Assembly (NCBI GenBank): GCA_964496905.1
Contig: CAZCAQ010000003.1
Span: 1,701 to 65,700 of the forward strand
Length of the DNA stretch: 64,000 bases
Direction of reading: 5' to 3'
From: an uncultured Candidatus Saccharibacteria bacterium
GTDB taxonomy: Bacteria; Patescibacteriota; WWE3; UBA101185; UBA10185
The translations under genes were made by a program, and so were the position numbers. Positions 20,537 through 31,036 of the stretch are shown piece after piece. A model generated the notes under the pieces. The model worked only from the letters and a program-made list of their open reading frames with translations, made no database searches and was not told where the DNA came from. The stretch's first letter is position 1; the number at the start of each line of letters is the position of its first letter.

Positions 20537-22152
20537 TAAAAAAATACAAATATGAACTTTTAATATTCTTGTTTGCCGTTTTAATTAGAATTCCTTATTT
20601 GGGACATGATAGTTTTAACACTGATGTCTGGCGTTGGAAAACACGCACCTACAATTTTAGTAATGGAGTGTTTAGTGGGGATTTTGGCTTAACTTTACAA
20701 AAATATCACCCTGGAGTCACTTTAATGTGGCTTGGATCTGCAGGCATAAAGGTTTACAACTTGTATTACGATACTGTAATAGGTGGCGAGCCCGCCTCTG
20801 ATGATTTAAACACTGTTTTTGGCTTAAATGCCGCTCAAAAATATTTTGTAGTTTTAGCCATTTCGTTTGCGCTTGCATGTTCCTTTTATGTTTTAAGGCG
20901 TCTGTTTGGTTTAAAGTTTGCACTCGTTTCCGTGCTGTTTTTGTTGTTAGAGCCGTTTTACTCGGCTTTAGCACGCGAATATCATTTAGAAGGTCTAATG
21001 TCGACTTTTATGCTTTCTTCGGTTTTACTGGCATTCTACTGGTTTAAAGAAAAAAGCGCTTCTAAATGGGTTTTTGGATTTTCGGCGCTTTTTGCAACTT
21101 TAGCCATTTTAACCAAAGTAACGGCTCTTTTTGTTGTTCCATTTATTTTGATCGCTTACGTGATTTTTACTTATTTTGAGGAAAAAAACTTTTCTGCGAC
21201 TTTTTTAACTGTGTGGAAAAAAAGCCTACTTTGGTTAGCGCTTGTAGCTGTCTTTGTTTTTATGCTGTGGCCAGCTTTGTGGGTTCGGCCCTTAGATGTT
21301 TACGAAGCAGTTTACAACGGAATTTTTGATATTGGCATTGAGGGCGGGCATGCTCAATTTTATTTTGGTAAATATGTGGAAGATCCTGGCTTGTCATTTT
21401 ATTTCGTAGCTCTACTTTTGCGTTCTTCAGTATTTTTGCTTCCTGGGGTAGTGGGCTACTTTTTATGGGCTCGCAAAAAAGCGGATAAAAACGTTCAAAC
21501 TTACGTTTTGTACTTGTTAGCTTTTTCGGTACTTTATTTGCTTCCAATGTTAATATCGTCAAAAAAACTTGATCGTTATATGTTGCCCAGTTTAATTGGC
21601 CTATCACTAATAAGTTCAGTTTTTTATTATTATTTATTGCGCCTAATTAACTGGTCACGTTATATACTAGGCGGACTAGTTGCAGGATGGCTGATGTTTA
21701 TGGTTTATATACATCCTGATTATTTATCGTATTATTCTCCTTTTGGTGGCGGATTAAGCAAAGGTATTTATATTCTTGAGCCAAAATGGTTAATTGGTAC
21801 TCGTAATATTCAAGACTTTTTGCGTACTGATATGGAAAAGAATGGCAAAACTGCCTTTGTTAAAGCGGCTGACTTTAGAAAAATTAAACGCCGTCAAGAA
21901 CTTATGAACAACAAGTTGGTTGTAGCCCTGCCAGAAAAGTATTTTACACAGGCATATCCTTTTGTTGATGAAGTAGGCGCGTGGGCAGTAGTTGATCAGC
22001 TAGCCGACGATGCTAAATATGCCAATTACTTTATTTATCCAGCGTGGGAAGATGGATCTGACAAAGTAACTAAGCACAAGCTTAAGTATCACGATGCTAT
22101 TTATATTCGTGGCGTTCCTGCATACAAGATTTATGAGAGGGTTGGGGATTAA
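20533..22152 (+). CDS. GT-C membrane glycosyltransferase, paralog of 17398
   Basis: Loop WRWKTRTYNF...YHPGVTLMW and an overall architecture parallel to 17398..19089. Confidence 0.6.
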   Translation: MIKKYKYELLIFLFAVLIRIPYLGHDSFNTDVWRWKTRTYNFSNGVFSGDFGLTLQKYHPGVTLMWLGSAGIKVYNLYYDTVIGGEPASDDLNTVFGLNAAQKYFVVLAISFALACSFYVLRRLFGLKFALVSVLFLLLEPFYSALAREYHLEGLMSTFMLSSVLLAFYWFKEKSASKWVFGFSALFATLAILTKVTALFVVPFILIAYVIFTYFEEKNFSATFLTVWKKSLLWLALVAVFVFMLWPALWVRPLDVYEAVYNGIFDIGIEGGHAQFYFGKYVEDPGLSFYFVALLLRSSVFLLPGVVGYFLWARKKADKNVQTYVLYLLAFSVLYLLPMLISSKKLDRYMLPSLIGLSLISSVFYYYLLRLINWSRYILGGLVAGWLMFMVYIHPDYLSYYSPFGGGLSKGIYILEPKWLIGTRNIQDFLRTDMEKNGKTAFVKAADFRKIKRRQELMNNKLVVALPEKYFTQAYPFVDEVGAWAVVDQLADDAKYANYFIYPAWEDGSDKVTKHKLKYHDAIYIRGVPAYKIYERVGD

Positions 22153-22205
22153 TTCTGTTTGTTCAGAATTTATACACTAAACTTCAACGAATTGTTGGCA
22201 TTGAT

Positions 22206-23462
22206 TTGCTTAATACCTTAATTGTTACAGGAGCGCTTTTTGTTGGTTCCTTTTTTTCATACCTTTTACAGTTTTATTTGGGAAGGACGTTGAGTGTTGA
22301 GGGATTTGGTGACTTTACCGTACTTTTATCTGTTGCTGGAATTTTAACGTTTTTTGGCAATGTAATTGGCTATGCCGTTGTTAAAATATATTCTGAGTTA
22401 ACTGCTAAAGCCACTTTTTCAAAGATAAGATGGTTATTTTTTAAAAGCCTTAAGTATTCAGCCTTACTGGGTATTTTTTTGGGGGCTTTATGTATACTTT
22501 TAGCCTCGGTCATAGCAACTGCGCTAAACATTCAATCTAGTCAGACTGTTGTAGCTTTTGGCCTGTATTTAACGCTAGTTTTTGTTCCAATCTATGTAGC
22601 AGTTTATTTTCAAGGAACTTATAGATTTGTCTGGTTTGGTTTTTTTATAGTTTTAAACGCATTTTTACGATTTTTGTTGCCGATAGTATTTATAAAGTTG
22701 GTATCTTCTGACCCTTCATACGTCTTTTTAGGTATTTTACTAAGTCAATTTTTGGTAATACTTATTGGTTATGTGGTTGCTAATAGGGTTGCGCTTAAAA
22801 ATGTACAGTCACAAGCCGACGCGGGTTTACTCAATAATGTTTTTAAAAACAGCATTTTTAATGGGTTAGCTTTGTTTACATTGACGGTTATGATAAGTAT
22901 TGACGTAATTGCTGTTAAGTATTTTTTTGAACCCTATGTTGCAGGGATTTATGCCGGAGTAGTAACACTTGGGAAAATTGTCTTGTTTGGCGCCGGAACT
23001 GTAGCAACGGTAATGTTCCCAAGAGCGGTTTCTGTAAACACTGATTATTATGGATTCATGTCAGTATTTAAAAAATTTGGATTTATTCAAGTAATATTTG
23101 TTATGGGTTCAATACTCATATTTTCATTATTTCCAAGTTTTATTACGCATACACTCTTTGGAGAAAAATTTGTGAGCAGTATACCTTATGTAGCATTTTA
23201 CACAGCTTTTATTAGTTTTTACGTGTTAATAAATTTTGCTATTTTAGCTTTAATAGCTTTGGGTGAAAAAAAGTTCTCTCTTTACATGCCGTTATTTTTA
23301 GTATTTCAGCTTGTGGGTTTTTACCTTTTTCATAAAAGTATCTTTCAAATAATTTGGGTAGATATAGTAAGTATGTTGCTACTTTTTGTTTTTATGTTAT
23401 TTAATATAGTAGTAGTTTTTAAAAGAATGAAAGGTCAGTCCACTTTAAACAATGCTAGTTAG
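22206..23462 (+). CDS. Wzx-like flippase / polysaccharide biosynthesis membrane protein
   Basis: TTG start. 418 aa with about 12 TM helices. Confidence 0.55.
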   Translation: MLNTLIVTGALFVGSFFSYLLQFYLGRTLSVEGFGDFTVLLSVAGILTFFGNVIGYAVVKIYSELTAKATFSKIRWLFFKSLKYSALLGIFLGALCILLASVIATALNIQSSQTVVAFGLYLTLVFVPIYVAVYFQGTYRFVWFGFFIVLNAFLRFLLPIVFIKLVSSDPSYVFLGILLSQFLVILIGYVVANRVALKNVQSQADAGLLNNVFKNSIFNGLALFTLTVMISIDVIAVKYFFEPYVAGIYAGVVTLGKIVLFGAGTVATVMFPRAVSVNTDYYGFMSVFKKFGFIQVIFVMGSILIFSLFPSFITHTLFGEKFVSSIPYVAFYTAFISFYVLINFAILALIALGEKKFSLYMPLFLVFQLVGFYLFHKSIFQIIWVDIVSMLLLFVFMLFNIVVVFKRMKGQSTLNNAS

Positions 23463-24210
23463 TGTAATAGTTCCTGCATATAAACAGGAAAAAACAATTA
23501 AAAAGGATGTTGAGCGCATTTGTGATGTAATGAGCGATATTAGGTTTGATTACGAAGTAATTGTAGTAGTGGACGGTTTTTTAGATAAAACTATGGAAAT
23601 TGCTCAAAAAATTAATAGGCCGCATTTAACCGTTATTGGGTACGAAAAAAATCAAGGTAAGGGCTTTGCTGTTAAATATGGTATGAAAAAATCTAAAGGG
23701 GATTTTGTTGCATTTATAGATGCTGGAATGGAAATAGATCCAAATGGTATCTCAATGATTTTAGAGCACATGCTTTGGTACGAAGCAGATATCATTGTTG
23801 GAAGTAAGCGGCATCCTGCTTCAAAAGTGCATTACCCACCACTTAGAAGATTATATAGCTGGGGATATCATACATTGATCCGCCTACTTTTTAGACTTTC
23901 TATTAAAGACACTCAAACTGGTTTAAAAGTGTATAGAAGAGCAGTTCTTAATTATGTTCTTCCAAAACTAGTAGTTAAAAAATATGCTTTTGATATTGAG
24001 CTTATTGCGGTAGCCAAATACCTTGGATTTGACCGTATTTACGAAGCACCTGTTAAGGTAAGTTTTGACTTTAATTCTGGCAGTCGCTTTACTAAGTTTT
24101 TATTTATGGACCCTCTAATACGCAACATGTTTATTGATACAATTGCAGTGTTTTATCGCATGTATATATTAAAATACTATTTACCAGATAACCTTAAAAA
24201 ATCCAAATGA
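23452..24210 (+). CDS. GT2 glycosyltransferase
   Basis: VSVIVPAYKQEKTI...VVVDGFLDKT...IDAGMEIDP. Confidence 0.75.
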   Translation: MLVSVIVPAYKQEKTIKKDVERICDVMSDIRFDYEVIVVVDGFLDKTMEIAQKINRPHLTVIGYEKNQGKGFAVKYGMKKSKGDFVAFIDAGMEIDPNGISMILEHMLWYEADIIVGSKRHPASKVHYPPLRRLYSWGYHTLIRLLFRLSIKDTQTGLKVYRRAVLNYVLPKLVVKKYAFDIELIAVAKYLGFDRIYEAPVKVSFDFNSGSRFTKFLFMDPLIRNMFIDTIAVFYRMYILKYYLPDNLKKSK

Positions 24211-25223
24211 TAAAATTTAGTATAATAATTCCGGTCCGAACCATAAACGAATTTCTACGTGAAAATATTAGCTACCTAATGAAGTTAGATTATGATGCAT
24301 TTGAGGTAATTATTATTCCTGATAACGAAGAAACATATGATTTTAAAGGTGACGCACGTTTTAGAATCTTAGTGTCTGGCATGATGGGCCCAGGTGAAAA
24401 AAGAAATCTTGGAGCGCATGCAGCAACTGGTGAAATTTTAGCCTTTTTGGATGATGATGCATATCCATCAAAAAATTGGCTAGTTGAGGCCGCAAAAGTA
24501 TTTTCAGAAAGACAAATATATGCCTTGGGTTGCCCTGCTGTAACACCTACTAATGCCAAATTTTTAGAAGAGTGTTCAGGCCTTGTTTTGGAATCGCATT
24601 TAGCCAGTGCTGGTACTTTGTATAGGCATAAACCAAAAAAGGCCCAATTTGTAGATGATTACCCAAGTGTTAACCTGTTTGTAAAAAAAGATGCATTTTT
24701 GGCGGTTGGTGGGTTTATTAAAGAATTTTGGCCCGGTGAAGATACCAAGCTTTGTTTGGACTTAATTGAGAAATTCAATATGGAGATTTATTACGACCCT
24801 AGACCAATTGTTTATCATCATAGGCGGGACTTGTTTAGACCTCATTTAAAGCAAGTTTCACGTTACGGACGTCACCGAGGGCAGTTTGCTCGTATTTTTC
24901 CAAAAAATTCACGCAGACTTTCTTATTTCATACCTTCATTTTTTGTATTGGGTATAATTGTTGGAGCTTTTGCATCATTGATTTCACAGCTTTTGGCAAT
25001 CTTGTACTTTGCTACGCTGTTTTTTTACGGTATGCTACTTTTGGTCACTTTTTTTCAATTAGTCTTTTTGGGAAAAGGTGTAAAGAAAGCTTTATATGTA
25101 TGTGCTGGTATTTTTTTAACGCACATAGTATATGGATTAAATTTTTTAAGAGGGTTTATATTTAAGCCAAAACTGGAATTACGTGCTGTAGATCCAAAAA
25201 CTGGCAATTATACTGGAGGTTGA
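24207..25223 (+). CDS. GT2 glycosyltransferase with C-terminal membrane anchor
   Basis: FSIIIPVRTINEF...DDDAYPSKNW (DxD), then about 4 TM helices at the C-terminus. Confidence 0.75.
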   Translation: MIKFSIIIPVRTINEFLRENISYLMKLDYDAFEVIIIPDNEETYDFKGDARFRILVSGMMGPGEKRNLGAHAATGEILAFLDDDAYPSKNWLVEAAKVFSERQIYALGCPAVTPTNAKFLEECSGLVLESHLASAGTLYRHKPKKAQFVDDYPSVNLFVKKDAFLAVGGFIKEFWPGEDTKLCLDLIEKFNMEIYYDPRPIVYHHRRDLFRPHLKQVSRYGRHRGQFARIFPKNSRRLSYFIPSFFVLGIIVGAFASLISQLLAILYFATLFFYGMLLLVTFFQLVFLGKGVKKALYVCAGIFLTHIVYGLNFLRGFIFKPKLELRAVDPKTGNYTGG

Positions 25224-25224
25224 T

Positions 25225-25482
25225 ATGAAGGGACAAAATGAATTTGCAACACAGCCTGGTGCAAAGGTAAAAATAAAAGTAATCAATGAATTATGTATAA
25301 GTGCAGGTATTTGCATTATTAGGGCTCCTGAAACTTTTGATTTGGATGATGATGGTATTGCCTATTTAAAAGAAGGTACATGGGATGAAGCAGTGGATAT
25401 AATTGAAGCAGCTAAAGCATGTCCAACGACGGCTATTATCGTAGAGGATTTAAACGGGAATCAGCTTTACCCAGCTGTTTAA
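25225..25482 (+). CDS. Small single-cluster ferredoxin (3Fe-4S/4Fe-4S type)
   Basis: Cys pattern C-x5-C ... C-P (CISAGIC ... ACPTTAI) in an 85-aa acidic protein. Confidence 0.7.
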   Translation: MKGQNEFATQPGAKVKIKVINELCISAGICIIRAPETFDLDDDGIAYLKEGTWDEAVDIIEAAKACPTTAIIVEDLNGNQLYPAV

Positions 25483-25546
25483 AAATCATATCTATATGCA
25501 TCTATTAATTACTTGTTTCAACTTTCATATTTGATATACTTTAAAC

Positions 25547-27238
25547 ATGGCTTATAAAATCGCAGTAGGTTACCCGCCTATTGAATCTGCAAAAGGCGTA
25601 CCGCTACTGTCCCAAAACAGGCAATTTCAATACTTTAACGCTCCAACATACATTTATCCTATGGTACCTGCATATGCGGCTAGCATGGCTCAAAGCAAAG
25701 GTTATGAAGTCATTTGGATGGATGGTATTGCAGAAAAGCAATCATATGACGTTTGGCTTTCAGAACTTATGCAAGAAGCTCCAAACTTGCTTATGATTGA
25801 AACAAAATCACCCGTTGTACGCCAACATTGGGCAATCATAGACGACATAAAAAAGAATTGTCCAAACACGCAAGTAATTTTAGTAGGTGATCAAGTAACT
25901 TTTAAACCTCAAGAATCCATGGATAATTGCTCTGTAGATTATATTATTACAGGCGGCGATTATGATTTTATGCTTACTGAACTGGCTGATTCTATTACAA
26001 AAGGTGTAGAGCTCGTTGGCGGTATTTGGGGACGTAAAAACAACACCAATTTTAAATTTTCAGAATTAATGCGTTGGAAGGATTCAGATGTTAATGGTAA
26101 AGAAGCTTACTGGCTCAGTGGACCGCTTGTTCAAAAGCATGATTTAGATACTTTACCTTTTGTAGACCGTGACTTAACCAAGTGGGAACTTTACGCATAT
26201 GCCAATGGTAATTACAAATATACACCTGCAACTTACATGTATTCTGGAAAGGATTGTTGGTATAACAGATGCACTTTTTGTGTTTGGGATCACACAATTA
26301 ATCCTTTAGGAACTTACCGTCGTTTCTCACCAGAAAGGCTTTTTGCCGAAGTAAAACACGTTGTCGACAATTATGGCGTAAAAGAGATTTTTGATGACGC
26401 TGGGACATTATTTATTGGTCCTCCTTTAAAAAAATTCTGCAATTTGCTTATTGAGTCTGGTTACAACAAAAAAGTAGTTTTTGGGTGCAATATGCGCCTT
26501 AATGCCTTAACTCAAGAATATTATGACTTAATGGGTAAAGCTAACTTCCGCTTTATTTTGTACGGTATGGAATCTGCAAATCAATATACCTTGGACATGC
26601 TAGATAAAGGTATGAAAGTCCACCAAATAGAAGAAGGCGTAAGAATGGCCAAAAAAGCAGGGCTTGAGCCCCATTTAACCATTATGCTTGGTTATCCATG
26701 GGAAAGTGAAGCCGATGCCCGAAATACTATTGCACTCTCCAAGATGCTCTTTAAAAAAGGCTATGTAGATACTATGCAGGGCACAATAGTAATTCCATAT
26801 CCTGGAACGCCCTTGTACCAACAGTGCATTGATAACGATTGGTTAACAGTTGATCCACTAGATTATGAAGCCTTTGATATGCGCAGACCAGTCATGAAAG
26901 TTCCTTTTGAAGAACAAAAGCTTTACGACATGATGCAAGAACTTTATTCGTCATTTTTTACTCCTCAATATTTTATGCGCAAAATGCTTTCGATAAGAAA
27001 ATGGGACGATATTAAGTTTTTTTGGTTTTCGGGCAAAAAGCTTATTGGACACTTGCTAGACTTTGACAGTGGCCAAACAAACATAAGTGTTACATCAGTG
27101 GAATTTTGGAAAAACGCAACAAAAAGCATGGTAACCCACTTAAGACCTAAAAAAGAAGATGAAATTATTAAAGAAAATGTTAAGACCAGCGCTGAAGTCG
27201 AGGTAGCTGCACGTAAAACTCTTTCTGAAAAATTATAG
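25547..27238 (+). CDS. B12 (cobalamin)-binding-domain radical SAM enzyme
   Basis: N-terminal Rossmann-like B12-binding domain (VILVGDQVTF...ITGGDYDF). Radical-SAM cysteine triad around DCWYNRCTFCVW, with C-x4-C-x2-C spacing rather than the canonical C-x3-C-x2-C. 563 aa. Confidence 0.7.
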   Translation: MAYKIAVGYPPIESAKGVPLLSQNRQFQYFNAPTYIYPMVPAYAASMAQSKGYEVIWMDGIAEKQSYDVWLSELMQEAPNLLMIETKSPVVRQHWAIIDDIKKNCPNTQVILVGDQVTFKPQESMDNCSVDYIITGGDYDFMLTELADSITKGVELVGGIWGRKNNTNFKFSELMRWKDSDVNGKEAYWLSGPLVQKHDLDTLPFVDRDLTKWELYAYANGNYKYTPATYMYSGKDCWYNRCTFCVWDHTINPLGTYRRFSPERLFAEVKHVVDNYGVKEIFDDAGTLFIGPPLKKFCNLLIESGYNKKVVFGCNMRLNALTQEYYDLMGKANFRFILYGMESANQYTLDMLDKGMKVHQIEEGVRMAKKAGLEPHLTIMLGYPWESEADARNTIALSKMLFKKGYVDTMQGTIVIPYPGTPLYQQCIDNDWLTVDPLDYEAFDMRRPVMKVPFEEQKLYDMMQELYSSFFTPQYFMRKMLSIRKWDDIKFFWFSGKKLIGHLLDFDSGQTNISVTSVEFWKNATKSMVTHLRPKKEDEIIKENVKTSAEVEVAARKTLSEKL

Positions 27239-27289
27239 ACAGTGTAAATATCCAAAAACCCCAAAGTTTTATGATAATATCATTCTGCA

Positions 27290-28300
27290 ATGCAAAGTGT
27301 TTCTTTTTTAATACCAACTCTTAATTCAGCGTCAGTGCTAGATGCTTGTCTAGCATCTATTGCAGCACAAGACTACCCAAAAGAACAAATCGAAATAGTG
27401 ATTGCAGATGGAGGTTCTACAGACGCAACGCTTGAAATTGCAAAGAAGTTTAATGCAAAAATTGTTAAAAACAGTTTAAAAACTGGTGAAGCTGGAAAAG
27501 CAGTTGCGCTTAATGCTTCAACAGGAGAATTAGTCGCGTTTGTAGATTCCGATAATATTTTACCTAACCCAAACTGGCTAAAGGAAATGACTTTGCCCCT
27601 TAGTAGACACTTGGACGCAATTGGAAGCGAGCCTTGGGCATATACCTGGCGTAAGCAAGATGCATTTATAACTAGATATTGTGCGTTAATTGGAATGAAT
27701 GACCCAATAGTACATTTTTTTGGGAATTATGATCGCTTAAACTTACTTACAAATAAATGGACCGAAGTACCACATGAGGAACAAGACATGGGGGAATATT
27801 TATTAGTTACTTTTGACAAAAGAGGAATTCCGACAATTGGTGCAAATGGTACAGTATTTAGGGCGGATATTCTAAAAAAATATGCAAAATCAGATTATTT
27901 GTTTGATATTGATATCTTAGCAACAATATTGGCTGAGACAGGTTCTATTAACTTTATTAAAACAAAAAATGGCATAATTCACACTTTTTGCGAAAGTGAT
28001 GTATCTAAATTTGCACGAAAGCAAAAACGCAGAGTTCTTGATTATACTCATCACGTAAAAGCTGGTAATCGAAATTACGATTGGAAGTTTAAATCACATG
28101 CTATACCCATGTTTATTTTATACTGTATAACTGTATTACCTTTAATTTTTCAAGCGACCAAGGGTTATTTAAAAAAAGCTGATCGAGCTTGGTTTTTTCA
28201 TATATTGGCTTGTGAAATTACACTTTGGGAATATGGCGTTGGCATTTTAAAAAGTAGTGTCAAACGCGCAGAATTTGACAGGTCAAAATGGAAACAATAG
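27290..28300 (+). CDS. GT2 glycosyltransferase
   Basis: VSFLIPTLNSASVL...IADGGSTDAT...VDSDN. Confidence 0.75.
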   Translation: MQSVSFLIPTLNSASVLDACLASIAAQDYPKEQIEIVIADGGSTDATLEIAKKFNAKIVKNSLKTGEAGKAVALNASTGELVAFVDSDNILPNPNWLKEMTLPLSRHLDAIGSEPWAYTWRKQDAFITRYCALIGMNDPIVHFFGNYDRLNLLTNKWTEVPHEEQDMGEYLLVTFDKRGIPTIGANGTVFRADILKKYAKSDYLFDIDILATILAETGSINFIKTKNGIIHTFCESDVSKFARKQKRRVLDYTHHVKAGNRNYDWKFKSHAIPMFILYCITVLPLIFQATKGYLKKADRAWFFHILACEITLWEYGVGILKSSVKRAEFDRSKWKQ

Positions 28301-28312
28301 GCTTTTAGTACA

Positions 28313-29470
28313 ATGAAAAATAATCGACCACATTTGCTCTTAATTTGTCCATTCGCCTCGCCCAATATTGGTGGAGTTGAATCTCACCTTGATAAATTGA
28401 TCAAATATGCACTATCAAATAATTTTTATGTAACGCTTTTAACTTATCAACCATTAACACGGCGTATTAAAGCCCCTAAAGAAGAACATAGCGAAAATCT
28501 AGAGATTTATCGCATCTCTTGGTTTGGTATAGGTCTATTTCCAAAAATTGAGAACTATTTTCCGTTAGTTTTTATATATTTATTTCCAGGATTGTTTATT
28601 GGAGCGTTACACTATTTATTAAAAAATCATAAATCTGTAGATGTAATTCATGCTCATGGGTTAGTTGCTGCGTGTATTACTAAGTTGTGTAACTTTTTCT
28701 TTAAAAAAAGAACAATTGTAAGTACACATGCGGTATATAGTTTTGAAAACCGGGCGTTGCTCTCAATACTTACTAAATGGATATTAATTAGTTTTGATGT
28801 AATTCTTGCTGTCTCTAAAGTTTCGCGCCAAGAATTAATACGAATGGGTTTGTTCGAAACTAAAATAAAAGTGCATCCTAACTGGATTGATACCACAGTT
28901 TTTAGTCCTGAAGCAACTAAACCTACACAAATGCCAAAAAGTTTTAATGTCCTTTTTGTGGGAAGATTGCTTGAAAAAAAGGGTATTTTGCTTTTTTTGG
29001 AAGCAGCTAAAAAAATGCCTAGTGTAGGATTTCATATAGTAGGAGACGGACCTGAGCTTCAAGCCGTAACTGAAGCAAAAACGGCCTGCAGTAATATCTA
29101 TTACTATGGAGTTCTAATGCAGTCAGATCAACAGCAGTTAGCAGATTTAGTGTCACTTTATGCCAATTGTGACTATTTAATTTCGCCGTATACTTATGAT
29201 GAGGGTTTTTCCACAACGCTAATTGAAGCACTTGCGTGTGGTACACCCTTAATTATTACGGACAGAGGATCTCCGCCAACCTTTATCACTAATAAAGTAG
29301 CTCATTTTTTACCAGCGAACTTCACACTCCATGATTTAGTCAAAATAATAGAACAAGTAGCTACTTTTCCAAAAAAGGAGCTTAGTAAAGCCTGCAGAAA
29401 TTACAGTATTAACAACTTTGGATTTAAAAATGCAGATATAATACTGGAAAGCTACTCTCAAAAGAGTTAA
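28313..29470 (+). CDS. GT4-family glycosyltransferase
   Basis: EGFSTTLIEALACGTPLIITDRGS. Confidence 0.75.
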   Translation: MKNNRPHLLLICPFASPNIGGVESHLDKLIKYALSNNFYVTLLTYQPLTRRIKAPKEEHSENLEIYRISWFGIGLFPKIENYFPLVFIYLFPGLFIGALHYLLKNHKSVDVIHAHGLVAACITKLCNFFFKKRTIVSTHAVYSFENRALLSILTKWILISFDVILAVSKVSRQELIRMGLFETKIKVHPNWIDTTVFSPEATKPTQMPKSFNVLFVGRLLEKKGILLFLEAAKKMPSVGFHIVGDGPELQAVTEAKTACSNIYYYGVLMQSDQQQLADLVSLYANCDYLISPYTYDEGFSTTLIEALACGTPLIITDRGSPPTFITNKVAHFLPANFTLHDLVKIIEQVATFPKKELSKACRNYSINNFGFKNADIILESYSQKS

Positions 29471-29479
29471 TATTCATCA

Positions 29480-30382
29480 ATGGCCTTAACACAAAATCAG
29501 CAAGAAAAATTACAAAAAATTCTAAGCAAAACCGGCGACCTGAATTTTAAAAGACGTGTTTTAACAATGCTTGACTATTTAGATATTCAAACTGGTGACA
29601 AAATTTTAGATATGGGTTGTGGCGAAGGTTTTTACAGTATGATTTTTGACCAGCTATATGATTGTCAAGTCATAGCGGTAGACTATGACGACGCAATAAT
29701 GGGCATGGCCAAAGAATGGTTAAAAGGCAGCACCAAAGTAACTTTTGAATTGGGGGATATTTGCAATCTTAGGTTTCCAAATGACTATTTTGACAAAATT
29801 ATTTGTACAGAAGTCTTAGAGCACATTACTGATCACAAAAAAGCAACAAGTGAACTTTATAGGGTTTTAAAACCATCAGGGAAACTGGCCGTGACTGTGC
29901 CAAACAAAAATTACCCATTTATGTGGGACCCCATAAACAAAGTTCGTGAAGGTTTGGGTTTAGGCCATTTTAACCCTTTAAACGGCTTTTGGGGTGGCAT
30001 TTGGGCATATGATCATAAAAGGCTATATTTGCCTCAAGATTTAAAAGAACTATTAGAAAGCGAAAAGTTTACTGTAGAGAAGCTACAAGTTTTAACTCAT
30101 TATGGAGTTCCGTTTAATCATCTTGTTTTATACACAGGTAAAAATATGTATACAAAAATGCCTGTTCCAGATGAAGTAAAAGAAAATATGGAAAAATTTA
30201 ATTGGTCGCAAGAACAAAGCTCTAATGCTAAAGCTAAATCAAGCTTTCTTGGTACTATTATGGTTAAAGCAATAGCCGTAGCTTTTTCAATTATGAAAAA
30301 AGTTGATGCACACAATAATCAGGATTTTCCTCTTGATAAATCAACCATGGCTGTAGCTGCACTTGCCGTAAAGAAGATGTAA
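29480..30382 (+). CDS. Class I SAM-dependent methyltransferase (1 of 3 tandem)
   Basis: ILDMGCGEGF motif I. Hydrophobic C-terminal tail. Confidence 0.75.
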   Translation: MALTQNQQEKLQKILSKTGDLNFKRRVLTMLDYLDIQTGDKILDMGCGEGFYSMIFDQLYDCQVIAVDYDDAIMGMAKEWLKGSTKVTFELGDICNLRFPNDYFDKIICTEVLEHITDHKKATSELYRVLKPSGKLAVTVPNKNYPFMWDPINKVREGLGLGHFNPLNGFWGGIWAYDHKRLYLPQDLKELLESEKFTVEKLQVLTHYGVPFNHLVLYTGKNMYTKMPVPDEVKENMEKFNWSQEQSSNAKAKSSFLGTIMVKAIAVAFSIMKKVDAHNNQDFPLDKSTMAVAALAVKKM

Positions 30383-30383
30383 A

Positions 30384-31016
30384 ATGGATTACAAAACTGA
30401 CTATAAATTCGGCACACTTATTTCTCCCGTATTTACTACAACACTAAATAGGCTCTGTTTTAATAAAAAAGTTTTGGATGTTGGATGCGGTACAGGTGAT
30501 TATATACAATTTTTCGGTAAAGACTCGCTAGGCCTAGATATTTCTCCCGAAAATATTGCAGAAGCAAAAAAAAGAGATCTAAATGTTAAAAGTTTTGACT
30601 TTAACTCGCCTACAAATCTTGATGAAAAATTTGACGTTGCATTTTGTTCACAAGTATTGGAGCATGTTGAATCGCCAATCGCCCTATTAAGGTTTATATA
30701 TAGTTCCTTAAATGAAAATGGTAGCTTACTAATTTCAGTACCAAATGAGCAAAGCATAATTCACCTAAAGTATCCTTATTTTACAAAAAACGGCAATCAT
30801 CTGTATAGTTTTTCGGTAAACAACTTAAAAGAATTATTACTTGTTGCAGGATTTGTACCCACAGAAGTAATTTATGACTACTACACTATACAAATACGCA
30901 AGTTAAAACTAGATTCAGTACTTTGCTTATTAAACTATTTACCGAGTATACTTAAAAATAGATTGGCATGGTCCTATTGGATTATAGCTACCCGATCGCC
31001 AATTAAAAACAGCTAA
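30384..31016 (+). CDS. Class I SAM-dependent methyltransferase (2 of 3)
   Basis: VLDVGCGTGD motif I; DVAFCSQVLEHV motif. Confidence 0.75.
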   Translation: MDYKTDYKFGTLISPVFTTTLNRLCFNKKVLDVGCGTGDYIQFFGKDSLGLDISPENIAEAKKRDLNVKSFDFNSPTNLDEKFDVAFCSQVLEHVESPIALLRFIYSSLNENGSLLISVPNEQSIIHLKYPYFTKNGNHLYSFSVNNLKELLLVAGFVPTEVIYDYYTIQIRKLKLDSVLCLLNYLPSILKNRLAWSYWIIATRSPIKNS

Positions 31017-31036
31017 AGTTACAATTTAGAAAGGAT

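Noticed and set aside
22151-22170. Hairpin AATTCTG-tttgtt-CAGAATT after the 20533..22152 gene as a terminator
   Set aside because: Short AT-rich stem with no U-tract. The downstream flippase begins 36 nt later and is probably co-transcribed. Probably not a functional terminator.
25547-27238. Doubt about the radical SAM call because the Cys spacing is C-x4-C-x2-C rather than C-x3-C-x2-C
   Set aside because: The call was not discarded. Non-canonical spacings occur in bona fide radical SAM enzymes, and the N-terminal B12-binding-like domain plus the adjacent ferredoxin support it. It is flagged as needing alignment confirmation, not rejected.
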